From Anthoceros angustus (Eukaryota; Plantae; Anthocerotophyta): 64,000 nucleotides of DNA. Position numbers and translations under genes: made by a program. The stretch is from positions 806,001 to 870,000 of the forward strand of contig MU008151.1 in assembly GCA_010909165.1 (NCBI GenBank). Reading direction: 5' to 3'. The first letter of the stretch is position 1, and each line of letters opens with the position of its first letter. Shown here piece after piece: positions 1 to 11,678 of the stretch. Under the pieces are notes generated by a model. The model had not been told where the DNA came from, made no database searches, and was given only the letters and a program-made list of their open reading frames with translations.

Positions 1-1445
1 CCCTGATGCAGAGCTCCGACACTGGCACATGCTTGCATAAGGCACACAAAGGTGACACGATCGACTGGGGTTATGGATTCCTGTTGCATCCTCGAATAAA
101 GAGCAAGAGCTTCTCCACCGAGCCCGTGCTGCGTGTATCCTGAGATCATTGCACTCCATGTCACCTCATCTCTGGTGGGCAAACTGTCAAACACTTTGCG
201 TGCGTCTTCAATATTCCCACATTTTGAATACATATCCACCAGGCAGTTGCCCACAGGCACATTGGCTTCCAGTCCTCTTTGCTGAATATGAACATGAAGC
301 TGCTTCCCCCGGTGCAGAGCTTGAACACTGGCACACGCTTTCAGTAGACAAACATAAGTTACATGATTGACTGGAATTATGCCCTCCTGCTGCATATCCG
401 CGTACAAGTCCAGGGCTTCTTGACCCATGCCCCGCTGTGCATATCCTGCAATCATGGCAGTCCATGTAACCACATCTCTTGCTTGCAACTCATCAAACAC
501 TAGTCGTGCATCATCTAAGCTTCCACATTTTGCATACATGTTAACCAGGCTGTTGCCCACGATAGTGTTGCCTCTGACGAAGCTGGCCAAAACGTCAGCA
601 TGGACCTCTCTGCCAAAATCCAGATCCTCCGCCACCGCGCACGCCTTGAGAACTGCTACAAACACATGGTTGTCTGGCTCCACCGCTGAATACCTCATCC
701 GTCGATACAGACTCATGGCATCCACGGGCTGACCATGTCGAACATGCCCTAAAATGATGGTGGCCCACATGTAGGCATCTGGTGCAGTCACGTCATCCAA
801 GACTCGCACAGCTTCCGCCAATTTCCCATGACAAACATACATACCCATAATGTGATTACCCAAGAATGCATTCGACTCATACCCACTTCTCAGAGCAAGA
901 GCATGAACTCGCCTGCCAAGGACCAGATCCTCCTCTGCTATGCACCTCTTCAGAAGACAATACAATAGAGAGGTATCAACATAAGCCCCTTGCTGCACCA
1001 GAAGGGCCAACGCCTCAACAGCCTCCCTCAGCTCCCCTTCCTCACACCGTATTCTCAGCATCTCATCCTCTGGACCATCTTCCCTGCCTGAAGGAACCCA
1101 CGAGGCCAGCTCCAAATCCACCCACCCAGGTTTGAAACAGTCTCCCAGCCACAGGGCCTGCTTAGACGTCTTGTGCCTGAAGTCAGGATGCCGGGGGCTC
1201 CTCTTATCTGCCCTGTTGTCCCACCACTGTGTAGGGTCAAGAAAAAAGCGTTGCCACAGGAGCTCCAGTCGCTCCTTCTCTGCAACACCGAATCCTTGAG
1301 TACCCAAAGTCTCCTCACCACTAGCACCCGGCCTTCTTGGTGAATGCTGACTTGCAGGAACACATAATCGGTGTTGCTGGTTCACCGCAATGCCCGAGTC
1401 GGGAATCACCCAATTGGGCACGGGAACTGGAAGCTGCAGCGTCAT
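1..1445 (-). CDS. PLS-class PPR protein with N-terminal OSB-type PDF motif; 3' end lies beyond the window
   Basis: Manual minus-strand translation from ATG at 1445 stays open to base 1 (absent from the ORF track, probably because it has no stop in the window): MTLQLPVP...LWQRFFLDPTQWWDNRADKRSPRHPDFRHKTSKQALWLGDCFKPGWVD... then L/S/P motifs (NSLVNMYAKCGSLDDARLVFD, DVVTWTAMIAGYAQRG). Confidence 0.9.
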   Translation of the reverse strand, partial: MTLQLPVPVPNWVIPDSGIAVNQQHRLCVPASQHSPRRPGASGEETLGTQGFGVAEKERLELLWQRFFLDPTQWWDNRADKRSPRHPDFRHKTSKQALWLGDCFKPGWVDLELASWVPSGREDGPEDEMLRIRCEEGELREAVEALALLVQQGAYVDTSLLYCLLKRCIAEEDLVLGRRVHALALRSGYESNAFLGNHIMGMYVCHGKLAEAVRVLDDVTAPDAYMWATIILGHVRHGQPVDAMSLYRRMRYSAVEPDNHVFVAVLKACAVAEDLDFGREVHADVLASFVRGNTIVGNSLVNMYAKCGSLDDARLVFDELQARDVVTWTAMIAGYAQRGMGQEALDLYADMQQEGIIPVNHVTYVCLLKACASVQALHRGKQLHVHIQQRGLEANVPVGNCLVDMYSKCGNIEDARKVFDSLPTRDEVTWSAMISGYTQHGLGGEALALYSRMQQESITPVDRVTFVCLMQACASVGALHQ

Positions 1446-1769
1446 GCCTTGTCCGGAGTCATGTGCGTGATTCGGCAACCACTAGCCTCTGCCACCACAC
1501 CTTTGCCGGGATCACTTCAAGCACAAGCCAGCAAAGTGGGATTTATCCAGGCAATTCTGCAACTCACAGCGCCACGCTCAAGGATGCCATCCAAAATAAG
1601 TTCCGTTGCAGCTGGCCCGACCCCTCATGGTCTTGCCTACCGTGAGATGTGGCTTCTGTGCATTCTGCATCGTCGTATCCCAGTTGAGACGGAATTCCAG
1701 GTAACCAGCTTTTCAGGAATTTGAGGCGGATGTGGAAGAACGATAGCCATTATGTGCAGGTGATGTCTA

Positions 1770-2204
1770 GCAGTGGCAGCAATATCTGGGGCTCCTGGTG
1801 AAGCCGCGAGCGATTACGGGACTCTCTCCGCTGCTGTTTCTGACATGCTTTGGAGTCATAACTTCAAGGAATCAGCGGATTTCGGTGCTCACCTACCTCA
1901 TAAGTAAAACCTCTCCTCGCTCTCCCCATTCAGGGTCTGCAACGCCTTGACTGACATAGCTCGTGACCGGTTATTACCTTCCCTTTTCTTGGCTGACAAG
2001 GAACTGCGTACATATTGCGACCTCCTGGACTTGGTACTACAGGGCTCTGTTGGCAATGAGGAGGCCGTGAAAGCTCTGCAACACCTACGTGAGCAACCGT
2101 CTCTCCAACCAAAAATTCCACCTGGGTCACGCCTCCATTTCATGGACTTCCGAAGGGTGCAGACAAATGACCCGTTTAGTCAGAAGAACACACCCATGAG
2201 CTGA
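1770..2204 (+). other. Unassigned coding-like spliced fragment
   Basis: Two protein-like segments (AVAAISGAPGEAASDYGTLSAAVSDMLWSHNFKESADF; after a ..TCAG acceptor, VCNALTDIARDRLLPSLFLADKELRTYCDLL...TPMS*). No start codon or family recognised. Confidence 0.3.
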
Positions 2205-2539
2205 TGCCTCTCCGGCCCAAGAGTCGGAGCAGTCCTTTCTCTCGAGAGCGCTCACCCAAAGAGCTTTCGGTCGTATGACTGCTCAGTTCTCAGAAGCAAA
2301 TCTCCTGCAGATTTCATCACAGCATTAGGCAACATATGTATTTGGCCTGTTTGGAGAAGATGACATTCATAGAAAGTTTCACAATGAATTTGGGTGTGCC
2401 ACTCGTGGAAAAATTGTGTACGGATTTGCATTGACTGGAATCTAACGAATTGTAATGGAGGGCTAATCATATTTCCCTTCACTTGAGTTGGCCCTGAAGC
2501 CCTCGCGTTTGTACAATAGTGGAATAAGGTTACAAACTA

Positions 2540-5500
2540 TCAGCCTTTCAGAAAAGAAGCCAGCACGCTTTTTCTGTTTACAGGTTCCTCCAAGTTTGCA
2601 TCACTCCCCTTTCTCTCTACTCTCAAGAGGGCATTTCTAGCTAAGGCATTGACAGACTTCCGCAACTGGGCATTTTCAATGAAGACATCAGTAAGAATCT
2701 TTCTTACAGATTGATCAATCCCTGTATCCTCTTGAGATGCTTGGCCTCCTTTATGCAAGGGGCCATTTAGAGATGATCCATTTGTAAAGGGCGATTTCCC
2801 TGTTTCACTGCGTCCCTCCTCAGCAAGAAGTTGTGCCTGAAGCATCGAGCGACTGCTGTTAAGACAAATAAGAAAGTTAGTAGACTTGTTTTCCAGTTCA
2901 GTTGGTTAACCCTCACCTCTGCCACAAGGAAGCCTATCCGGTTGTCAGATGTTTCAAGAAGGTCCAGGGTATGGGCGTTTGGCGACAGCCCATGGTTAGC
3001 ACCTTGGCCTTCCTCCTTCGCAAGGAACTCCACACTGCACTCCTCGAGTCTCTGTCGCAAAACACTTACTTCATGCAGAAATTGCGACCGCAGGGTAGTT
3101 TCCCTTTCCTGTTTTTGCTTCTGCTCCAATAACTTGGCCTGTAATGCACATTTATCAATCATTTGACACTACCACCGCATGAGGCCACAAGCATCTCATG
3201 AGACTTTCAGATTCTGCAGGGCGAGTCAATTGCAGTCTCTGCACAAAATCTAAGATAATGGTCCTTACAAAGGTCACAGACCTCTCATTTGGCAACCCTG
3301 CAGATCTGAACAGGGTTATAAGCACAGATCAATAGTGATACCTCAATCTCAAGTTTTGCCTTGAGGGCCTGTTGCACCTCATCCTTTAGCTCAGGATGTA
3401 CTTTGCGCAACGTTTTAATCTCCTTGGCCATGATTTTCCTGTCAGATTTTGCTTGTGTTTCAAGAGTGGATAAAGCCTCCTGAAGTGATGTGCACTTCTC
3501 TTGCAATCTCAAGACTTCCTCCTCTGCCTTTTGCTGAGCCGAAGATGCTGCTTGAAGACCATCTTCAGCCTCCTTCCGGGCACTCTAAACCACAGAGTAA
3601 GGTGAAATGTGCAGGTTCAAAAATCTAGACAATGCTTCCCACCAGCATACATACACGCAGAATGGAATGCATTCCACCACCATATACTTGGAATGCATTC
3701 CATGACCAATGCAGTTCTTATTTGCACATACATCAACTTGATTCCCACCTGCTCTTGATTGAAGCTATCCTCAAGATTCAACAGAGCTGCACGAGTATCT
3801 TCAAGTTCCCACTGTAGACTAGTAATTCGTTCCCTTTCAGTGGACACGGCATGTCTTAAAACCTCCTTGCTTTTGCGACGGGCGTTGTCCAGATCACCTT
3901 CCAAGTCTTTAACCTGCACTGCATCAAAGCCAACAAACACTGTAGGAGGGAAAGCCCAAGCAACCTGACCCACATCGACATCTCCACACTGAATGCAAAA
4001 CAACAGAAATAGCTTGCTGGAGGCAGAACCACACCTTCGTTGCCAAGAATTCTTTCACAGCTGTCTCCTGACTAAGCCGTGTCACAAGCTCCTCAATGTC
4101 TGTTTCAGCTACAGAGACCCTCCTTTGCAAAGACATGAAAACACGGTTCACTTTGCTTCGATTGTCCTTTGGTAGACCAATGCCCACTCCCTTAAGAAAA
4201 TCCATGTCAGACGCTCCCAGAGGTTCAGCTTTTGCATCTCGAAACTCACGTAGCGAACCAGTCTCGCCAGGAGTTGGTACTGAAGCAAGAAGCGACTGCT
4301 CACTGTCCCGAGCAGAGCTAAATTCACTTGCAATACTGTTACACGAGGCCTTCCTTTGGTGGTGCAATCCAACTGAGTCTAATGCATTCACCAGCACTGG
4401 CCCCTTCGCACTAGCATGATACCCTGCATCAGTTCCAGAAGTCCACTTAGACTGTCCAAGGATAGCTGAGCCTGCATCTGACGCCTCCTGGATATCCACT
4501 TCCGAACTGGCATGTTCTCCTTGTGTGATGTATTCCCCTCGTTTTGCATCCACAGCTAGCCTGATTGCGTCTAATGCTTCACCATTGACAATCGCTTCCA
4601 TTTCAATCTCTGATGAGTCACCGCTCTTGATAGGGGTTTGTAAACCAGATGCACTATATGTTGTACTCAAAGATCCTGATGCAGCACTACCTGTCCATAA
4701 AAAGCTAGACCTTGAGTTTGGGACAGACTGTGAAACAGCAGAAATGTCGTCAACCACTGGGGTAGTTGCCTCATGACCTTCGCTGACAGTACTTGCAGCT
4801 GCACAGAGTCAATGCTGATCTCGTGAGGGCAAAGCTGTGTCATACATGGAGAAAGTCAGAACTGGGGTCTATTGGACAAGCAGGTCAGCCTAATGACGGG
4901 TCCTTTGTGGAGACACACGGAACCCGGTTATCAGAGGGGGCCAACTACCTTCTCTAGCAGCAGCTTCAAGTTCCAGAAAAGATGCCATTGTCGCACTTCG
5001 TGAGATATCGATGTCCGCCAACAATCTTTCCATCCATTCCTCTAACGCACGCCTCCTCTGTGAGAAGCTAACGGCATCTCCAATCAGAAACAACAGTTCG
5101 CACACACATGCAGAGAAAGGGTGCCATGAGTGAAACCAAAACGCCAGTGGATCTACCTCTTGCAACAAAGAGTGACTGGCATTTATTCGCAGCAAAGCAC
5201 TTCTGGGAGGAGCTGAAGGTATCTTCTTCTTGGGAAAGACTCGCTTCAGCTGTCCAGGCCCGGCAAACAATAAGTGAAACATAAGCCTCTGCGCATCATT
5301 CCAACGAAGAGCCCAGCATAAAATCCCTTCAATAGAGGCAAGTACTTACTGCAGCTTGCAGCTTCAAAAAATCACTGAATCGCCGAAGAGTGCGATGCGG
5401 AACACTCACACCCTGTGGTGACTGAATGCCAACCTGAACCCTGAAGTACTGCATTCACCAACAGCAAGACAGTTAGGTACCAAAATACAGAGAGAACTGG

Positions 5501-6340
5501 GAACATACATTGCAGTCCATCACTTCCTGCCTGAAAAGGCGTCTGAAAACGATCTACTCCTTTGCAAGCTAGACCCTACCACTGTCGGGTTTATGCCGAC
5601 GCCATCAGCGGTCTTGGCTTCAGGCAGGACTTCCCATGAAGGTATGAGGACACAGTAACTCCAGCCGGTGCGCGGATCGTGTGGCCACACCGTAGATGCA
5701 CCATTCTGCAATCCACCATTGCCTCCCACATCAGATACCGCAATATCTCACCAAAAAAAAAAATCTAAACTCCGTCCTAAGGAACGTGCAATTCTCGACA
5801 GATCAACTAGGTCTTCCAACTCCGGACAATCACGTGAATGACGCAACAGATCCACACACGCTCAAACTCTGGTACCGAACTTCCTGACTACATCCAATAA
5901 TCTTCTGAACCAAGACTGAACCACCTCAGCTACACCGCATACTCCATTCCCAGCCGATTCAAATCATCCACCGTCCAATAGGTCATGCAGCATGCGAACT
6001 CAACCACGCACTCAATTCGGAAGTCAGGTGGATGAGCACAGAGATCCAGAGACAATCAACCACGAAATTCGACAGCGATCATCTCCGGCGCAGCACGACG
6101 ACAACATGCACATCAGTTTACGAATGAGAGAGTGCCGAATTCTGGCCCTCGGCCATCCAGCCTGCCGCGCTTCCAGTTCATCAGCATCTTGGCGGGATCA
6201 GCCGGGAGCGAAGCAGGCAGATTGAAAGGAGAGAATCGACGCACCCAGCGGGCGGGGGCAGGGCTGGCGTCCATGCCCAGGGGCAGAGGGGAGGTGCCAT
6301 CGTGGCGATGCCGGGGCGGGCTGCGGCGCGTTGTGGTCAT
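2540..6340 (-). CDS. EREX: PX-domain endosomal RAB effector, EREX/EREL family; multi-exon
   Basis: Exon 1 6245-6340 [24 protein letters not shown]; exon 2 5580-5705 [19 protein letters not shown]; exon 3 [23 protein letters not shown]; PX C-terminal part [21 protein letters not shown]; coiled-coil exons; last exon [19 protein letters not shown], stop at 2540. GT-AG boundaries checked for the first exons. Confidence 0.9.
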
Positions 6341-7378
6341 GGGCCGCCTCCTCCTCCGCGGTGGAGGATGGCTCTATCACACAGCAAGTGGCAGGAGGCG
6401 GAGGCGAAGGCGACGGCGAAGGCCACCAGGCTGAGACAAAGCCGAGCAGAGCACAGTGTGCCCGGGCAACGACTGGGCGTGGCGTCGTCGATTGAAAACT
6501 CGATTTCTTCACCACTGGTGCGCACTGCGCTCTACGACCCATCGGAGCATTATATATATAAGTAGCGGTATCCATATGTAGCAGCTGTTCCTGGTACACA
6601 CGAGTGGCACACACATGCTATTAGCGAAGAAGGTTAAGAACTCAAAAATGACTTTAACTTAAGCAGGCACTACACCTTGATAGAGTATTTCAAACCTGTT
6701 TTTTTATGGAAAAAGTGAGGTTATTTAGCGTCGGAATTAGGTTTGGAAATTAAAAAAACTGCTTGGTAAATGACAGCCACAATAGCTAGCACATTTCACT
6801 TGAAACAATTTTCTCCTTTTCCTTGGTTGCTTTATTCTTTTTATATTTGAGTATCTTTTCTATATTAAAAAAACGGTTTTCAAAGGGCTAAGTTCTCATG
6901 TCCATTCTTCAATTTGATATAATTCCAAGAGTGATACAATGCCGAGAGTATTTGCACGGCAAGAAGCTTTTCAATCCTCAGCTGGGGTCATAGTTCTTAA
7001 TGTTTTATTGGTGGACACAAACGCTTCTAAAGGTTTATTGTGGGAGCATATGAAGTTAGATATGTCTTTCTTGATCATGCTACACCTGTTTCCGTAGGGA
7101 AAAGGAAAAAGAAGAAGAAGTGTATTACAGTCCACTTGGATGGTACATAATAACTTGCACCATGGTATGCCTAAGGTACTTGCACCAAGGGCATCCACTC
7201 CCTTGGGCACCCCATCTAAGTACCCATCTAAGCGCAAGATGCTTAACAAAGGCGTTCTTATGAATGTGTGTGCATATGGTCTAAGCCATTTGGAACTTCC
7301 TTGCGAATGACAATGCTACTCCTTCTCAATGGCTTGCTCCGTATTCAACGCTAGAGCATGAACGGCACTTTATTGATT

Positions 7379-7641
7379 ATACTCCATCTCTCAAGTGCAT
7401 TGAGTATGCAAGTTTTTTTTTTTCACAATAACTTCCCAAATGTGTCAATCAATACTCCATCTCTCAAGTCCACTAAGTATGTAAGTTTTTTTTTCACAAC
7501 AACTTCCCAAATGTGTCTTTCAACAATGAAGAGGACCTCTTTTGATTTCTCTTGTTTCTTTCATTGAAATCCACGGGATGTGTCTTTCACCAATGAAAGA
7601 GAACCTCTTTTGATTTCTCTTGTTTCTTTCATTGAAATCCA
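7379..7641. repeat. Two short tandem duplications (~70 bp each) in AT-rich intergenic DNA
   Basis: ATACTCCATCTCTCAAGT...TTCCCAAATGTGTC occurs twice, then CAATGAA...CCTCTTTTGATTTCTCTTGTTTCTTTCATTGAAATCCA occurs twice. Confidence 0.75.
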
Positions 7642-8670
7642 TGGCATATTTCACTATCACTCAACTTTTGCTTCCTGTTCCTTTACATTTAGCAACTTGC
7701 CTAAATTAGCTTGATCACAACGGCAATGGCATTGCCGTTCACAGACGGCTCCAGAAGTGGGGGATAAGTTGTGGTAGTGTTGTAACTGCACTGCAAGTGC
7801 CTTGTTGCTTTGCTTTGGGCAGGTTTGATGGCGAAGCAGCTATCTTGGCAGACCCTGTTAAAACCTCCTGTTGTAGTAGGAGGCCAGGGCGAGGGACGAC
7901 AGTAATTCCGGGACATTCCTGGGGGCTGGCCATGCTGCAATTGCTTGGACCTTTGCTGGGTCTACCTTCACCCCTTCTGATTCACCAATATGACCAACTG
8001 GTAACAGAGATGAGCATTTGGATTTTCTGGCATATAGTTTCTGTTCTCTCCTTTCTGTAGTACAGCCTTGAGTGTCTGAAGATGGCTGTTCCTGTCCTCA
8101 GAGTGAACTACTCTGTCGCCATGTATATCATGACTCCAAGTTATGATGTAGAACAGCAGATAACAAAGTTTGTATACAGGGCCCCCTAGAAGAATGCAGG
8201 TGAGTCGGGAGGGGGAGGGAAGGCAGGATCTTGGCAGTGCATGTGAGAAGTAGAAACAAGGAGGAAGCACACCTGAGGGAACACCCCGCTGCTGTGCCTA
8301 GCTAGGATACTCACAGTGCCGTAGCCTTACCGCCAGAAGAAATGCTGCCCGTTCCTTCCGTCTCTGGACCTGGGATCATGCCTGCCCCCACTATCACGAC
8401 CTTGGGCGCTCCCTGCCATAGCTGCAAGCTCAATCTGGCTAGCGCCACTCTGATTCCATGGGATCTGACCAAAATTCCAGGCCTGCACCCCCGATCCCTG
8501 ATTCCTACGGCTGCCCGTCCCTCGTAGGGCAGCTCAGAGGTGCCAGGATCAGTGAGCCATCCATGTCCATGTTTCAGTATGGACGGGGATGGAGCTAAGC
8601 AAGCACACTCACCCTGCAAGCAATATTCTCTGGTGTACACAATTGAGCACTGGGTACTTCGTCATAATAC

Positions 8671-11157
8671 TTACGGTCGACCCTTACAACTGCAACAACC
8701 AGCTGCAAATCGATGCACACGGTACCCATCCCTTACAACAATGTCTCTCTCTTCAAGCTTTGACATGATCTCCGTGGAACTGTGGCAGTCGCTGCACATG
8801 CGTAGATTCTTGGTTACCAAAAGAGGCGTCCCACTCGGAGTGTTCAAGAGACCAAACGCCAGAGCTAGCTTCTCAGCATGCCCACAAAGCACATCCTCCT
8901 TTTCCTTCTCACACAGTGGTTTCAACACCAACTTCGTGTGAGGTATGTGGCCTCCTTCCTGCTTCAGACGAGCATTTGTGCTCTCCACCTTAAGCGCAAT
9001 GTCCTCTCTCCTTTCTCCCACCACAAATCTATGTACCTGCTTATTGACCTCAACGGTCGCCATTGCAGGCTTCTTGTTAGCTGCTGCCACCCTTCTCTGC
9101 GTTTCAATCCTGTCTACATCGGTCCACCTACCTGCATCTGCGTACGTATTTGCCATGAGCACATACGCTGGCGCCTCCTGGGGCTCCAGTCTAACAATGC
9201 TTTCAAAACACCACATAGCCCTGTTTATATCCCCGTGACTTTTGCAAGCATTCAACAAAGACCTCAAGCCTACAACATTACTTTGGCCCTCGGATGACAA
9301 TAACATTTTCTCTGCCTCATCCAAATGGCCTGCACGCCCAAGAAGATCAATCATGCCATTGTAATGCTCAAGAGTAGGTTTGATGCCATGCTGTTCAGCC
9401 ATGGAATCAAAGAGCTTGCGACCGTCGTTGACCAGTCCCTCATGACTGCATGCTACTAGAAGGCTAGTAAAAGTCGCATCATCAGGCTGAACACCGGAAC
9501 CTAACATTTCCTCAAAACAAGCTAGTGCCTTGTGACCTTCATCACAAGTACCATACCCAGATATCAGGGCGGTCCATGTCACCACATCCTTTGCGTTCAT
9601 GGTGTCAAAAACCTGGCGTGCGTCTTCCAGTTCACCACATTTTGCATACATGTCCACCAAGCAGTTGCCCACCAGTACGTTATCCAGCAGTCCTCTTTCC
9701 ACAATCTGTTTGTGCAGCTGCCTGCCCTTCTGTAAGGCACCAGTGCTTGCACAAGCCTTCAGAAGGCAAGCAAAAGTGACATGGTTAGCCAAAATCAGGC
9801 CCTCTTGCTCCATATGTTCATACAGAACAAGAGCCTGTTCGCCAAGTCCTTGCTGTGCATACCCAGCAATCAGGGCATTCCATGTCACCACATCCTTTGT
9901 GGCCATGGTGTCAAAAACCTGGCGTGCATCCTTCAGTTCACCACATTTTGCATAACCAGATATCAGGGCATTCCATGTCACCAAATCCTTTGTGGGCATG
10001 CTGTCAAAAACCTGACGTGCATCTTTAAGTTCACCACATTTTGCATACCCAGAAATCAGTGCATTCCATGTCACCACATCCTTCGTGGCCATGCTGTCAA
10101 AAACCCGGAGAGCATCTTTCAGTTCGCCACATTTTGCGTACATGTCCACCAGGCAGTTGGCAACAAACAAGTCAGGAGGAATTCCACTCTGCACCACATC
10201 ACTGTGCACTTTTCTGCCAGATTCCAAGTCGGCAGCAAATGCACAAGCCTGAAGGGCAGCTACGAAGACGTGAGCATCCGCCTTCACTCCTGACCTATGC
10301 ATCTCATGGTACAGTTGTACGGCCGCATTAGGTTTCCCATTCTTGGCGTAAGCGGAGATTATGGAAGACCACATGAAGGCATCTGGTTTGCCTACCCTGG
10401 TGAACACATCCATGGCCTCCTCTAGCCTACCTCCACATGCATACAGGCGCAAGATATGGTTCCCCAAGTATGCATTCGAATCGTACCCAAGCTTGACAGT
10501 GAGATCATGAACTCGGCGCCCTACAACCAAATCCTTCTTAGCTGTACACAGTTTCAGGACAGTGTAAAACAGAGACTGAGGAATGGCAGCGTCTGTCTGC
10601 GCCAGAGATTCCAGGACTCCAACAGCCTCAGAAAGCTTCCCCTGCAGACATAACATGCTCACGGTTCCAGCCGTTACGACGCCCATTCCCGATCCTTCAC
10701 GCTTGCCAGGTTCAGGCTTGTCCGGAAAGCTGGACTCGGAAGAAGAAGCACCATGACCAATCTGCATATCCAAGGAAATGAGCTGCTCATCAACCCAAGC
10801 TGGCTTAAACATGCTGTCTAACCACAGCACCTCGCCGGATCCCTTCCGCCGGAAATCAGGCGAACGGGAGCTCTTCTTATCTCGTCTGTTATCCCACCAC
10901 ATGGTAGGGTCCAGAAAAAATCGTTGCCACAAGAGCTCCTGCTCCTGGCGACGACCATTGTTGGAAAACCCGTCCCGAGGCACACATTTTGTCGGAAGTG
11001 GAAGTGCTTGGGTCCTCACACTGCTGCACCTGAAGGCTTCGTTTGCAAGGGGTAGACTCCCTGAGCTGAGGTGAGCGGGTGCTCGACCTAGTAGAATTCC
11101 TGTACACACTCCCACTTGTTGGGTCCACAACGGGTCCGGTTGCCATGCTGTGGCCAT
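8671..11157 (-). CDS. Intact PDF-PLS-E-DYW:KP PPR editing factor (GRP type), 828 aa; gene A
   Basis: Single intronless ORF: transit peptide, PDF motif, L-S-P-L-S-SS-SS-P-L-S-P2-L2-S2, E1/E2, NKKPAMATVEV, CGHAEKLALAFG, LRMCSDCH, ending HRFAAGCCSCKGRP. Confidence 0.95.
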   Translation of the reverse strand: MATAWQPDPLWTQQVGVCTGILLGRAPAHLSSGSLPLANEAFRCSSVRTQALPLPTKCVPRDGFSNNGRRQEQELLWQRFFLDPTMWWDNRRDKKSSRSPDFRRKGSGEVLWLDSMFKPAWVDEQLISLDMQIGHGASSSESSFPDKPEPGKREGSGMGVVTAGTVSMLCLQGKLSEAVGVLESLAQTDAAIPQSLFYTVLKLCTAKKDLVVGRRVHDLTVKLGYDSNAYLGNHILRLYACGGRLEEAMDVFTRVGKPDAFMWSSIISAYAKNGKPNAAVQLYHEMHRSGVKADAHVFVAALQACAFAADLESGRKVHSDVVQSGIPPDLFVANCLVDMYAKCGELKDALRVFDSMATKDVVTWNALISGYAKCGELKDARQVFDSMPTKDLVTWNALISGYAKCGELKDARQVFDTMATKDVVTWNALIAGYAQQGLGEQALVLYEHMEQEGLILANHVTFACLLKACASTGALQKGRQLHKQIVERGLLDNVLVGNCLVDMYAKCGELEDARQVFDTMNAKDVVTWTALISGYGTCDEGHKALACFEEMLGSGVQPDDATFTSLLVACSHEGLVNDGRKLFDSMAEQHGIKPTLEHYNGMIDLLGRAGHLDEAEKMLLSSEGQSNVVGLRSLLNACKSHGDINRAMWCFESIVRLEPQEAPAYVLMANTYADAGRWTDVDRIETQRRVAAANKKPAMATVEVNKQVHRFVVGERREDIALKVESTNARLKQEGGHIPHTKLVLKPLCEKEKEDVLCGHAEKLALAFGLLNTPSGTPLLVTKNLRMCSDCHSSTEIMSKLEERDIVVRDGYRVHRFAAGCCSCKGRP

Positions 11158-11178
11158 CGTTCAGGGACCCCTCTCGGA

Positions 11179-11285
11179 AGATGAGTCTAACAACAGACTC
11201 TTTCTGCCAGGATGCCCATGTCCTGTCTGTGACGACAAGATGTGTCTAACAACAGACTGTTTCTGCCACGATACCCATGTCCTGT
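11179..11285. repeat. ~60-bp tandem duplication just upstream of PPR gene A
   Basis: AGATGAGTCTAACAACAGACT..TTCTGCCA.GAT.CCCATGTCCTGT occurs twice. The first part is the upstream motif shared by all minus-strand GRP-type PPR copies. Confidence 0.7.
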
Positions 11286-11678
11286 GTCCACACCACCCTG
11301 AGGAGGAAGGCAAGCCTTAGAAATCAGGCGACGTTGGAGGGTCCACCAACTTCGCCTGATTTTTAAGCCTCGCCGAGATGGAGAGTGCAGACCGCATTTA
11401 TTATTGGGTCAAAGAAAAGGAAAACACACTTCCGGTTTCGAAGTTTTGGACAGGAACAGATCCGTTAAGGATGCTTGGTAGTTAACGCTCTAGTAGTCTT
11501 CATCCTTCATCCCAGAACGAGAGATTCATGCGATTCTGATTTTGTACATGTGCCTGTTACGATAGAGAGGTGGATCAGTGTTGGCTATCCATGTCTCTGT
11601 GTCAGTTCGGACAGGAATGGAATTACATCTATATATTCTCTGGTGGACACACGAGCACTGGGTACTTGGTCATTATTC

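Noticed and set aside
8311-8640. ORF containing KVVIVGAGM (Rossmann-like start)
   Set aside because: GxGxxG is incomplete and no downstream oxidoreductase sequence follows; at most a tiny fragment.
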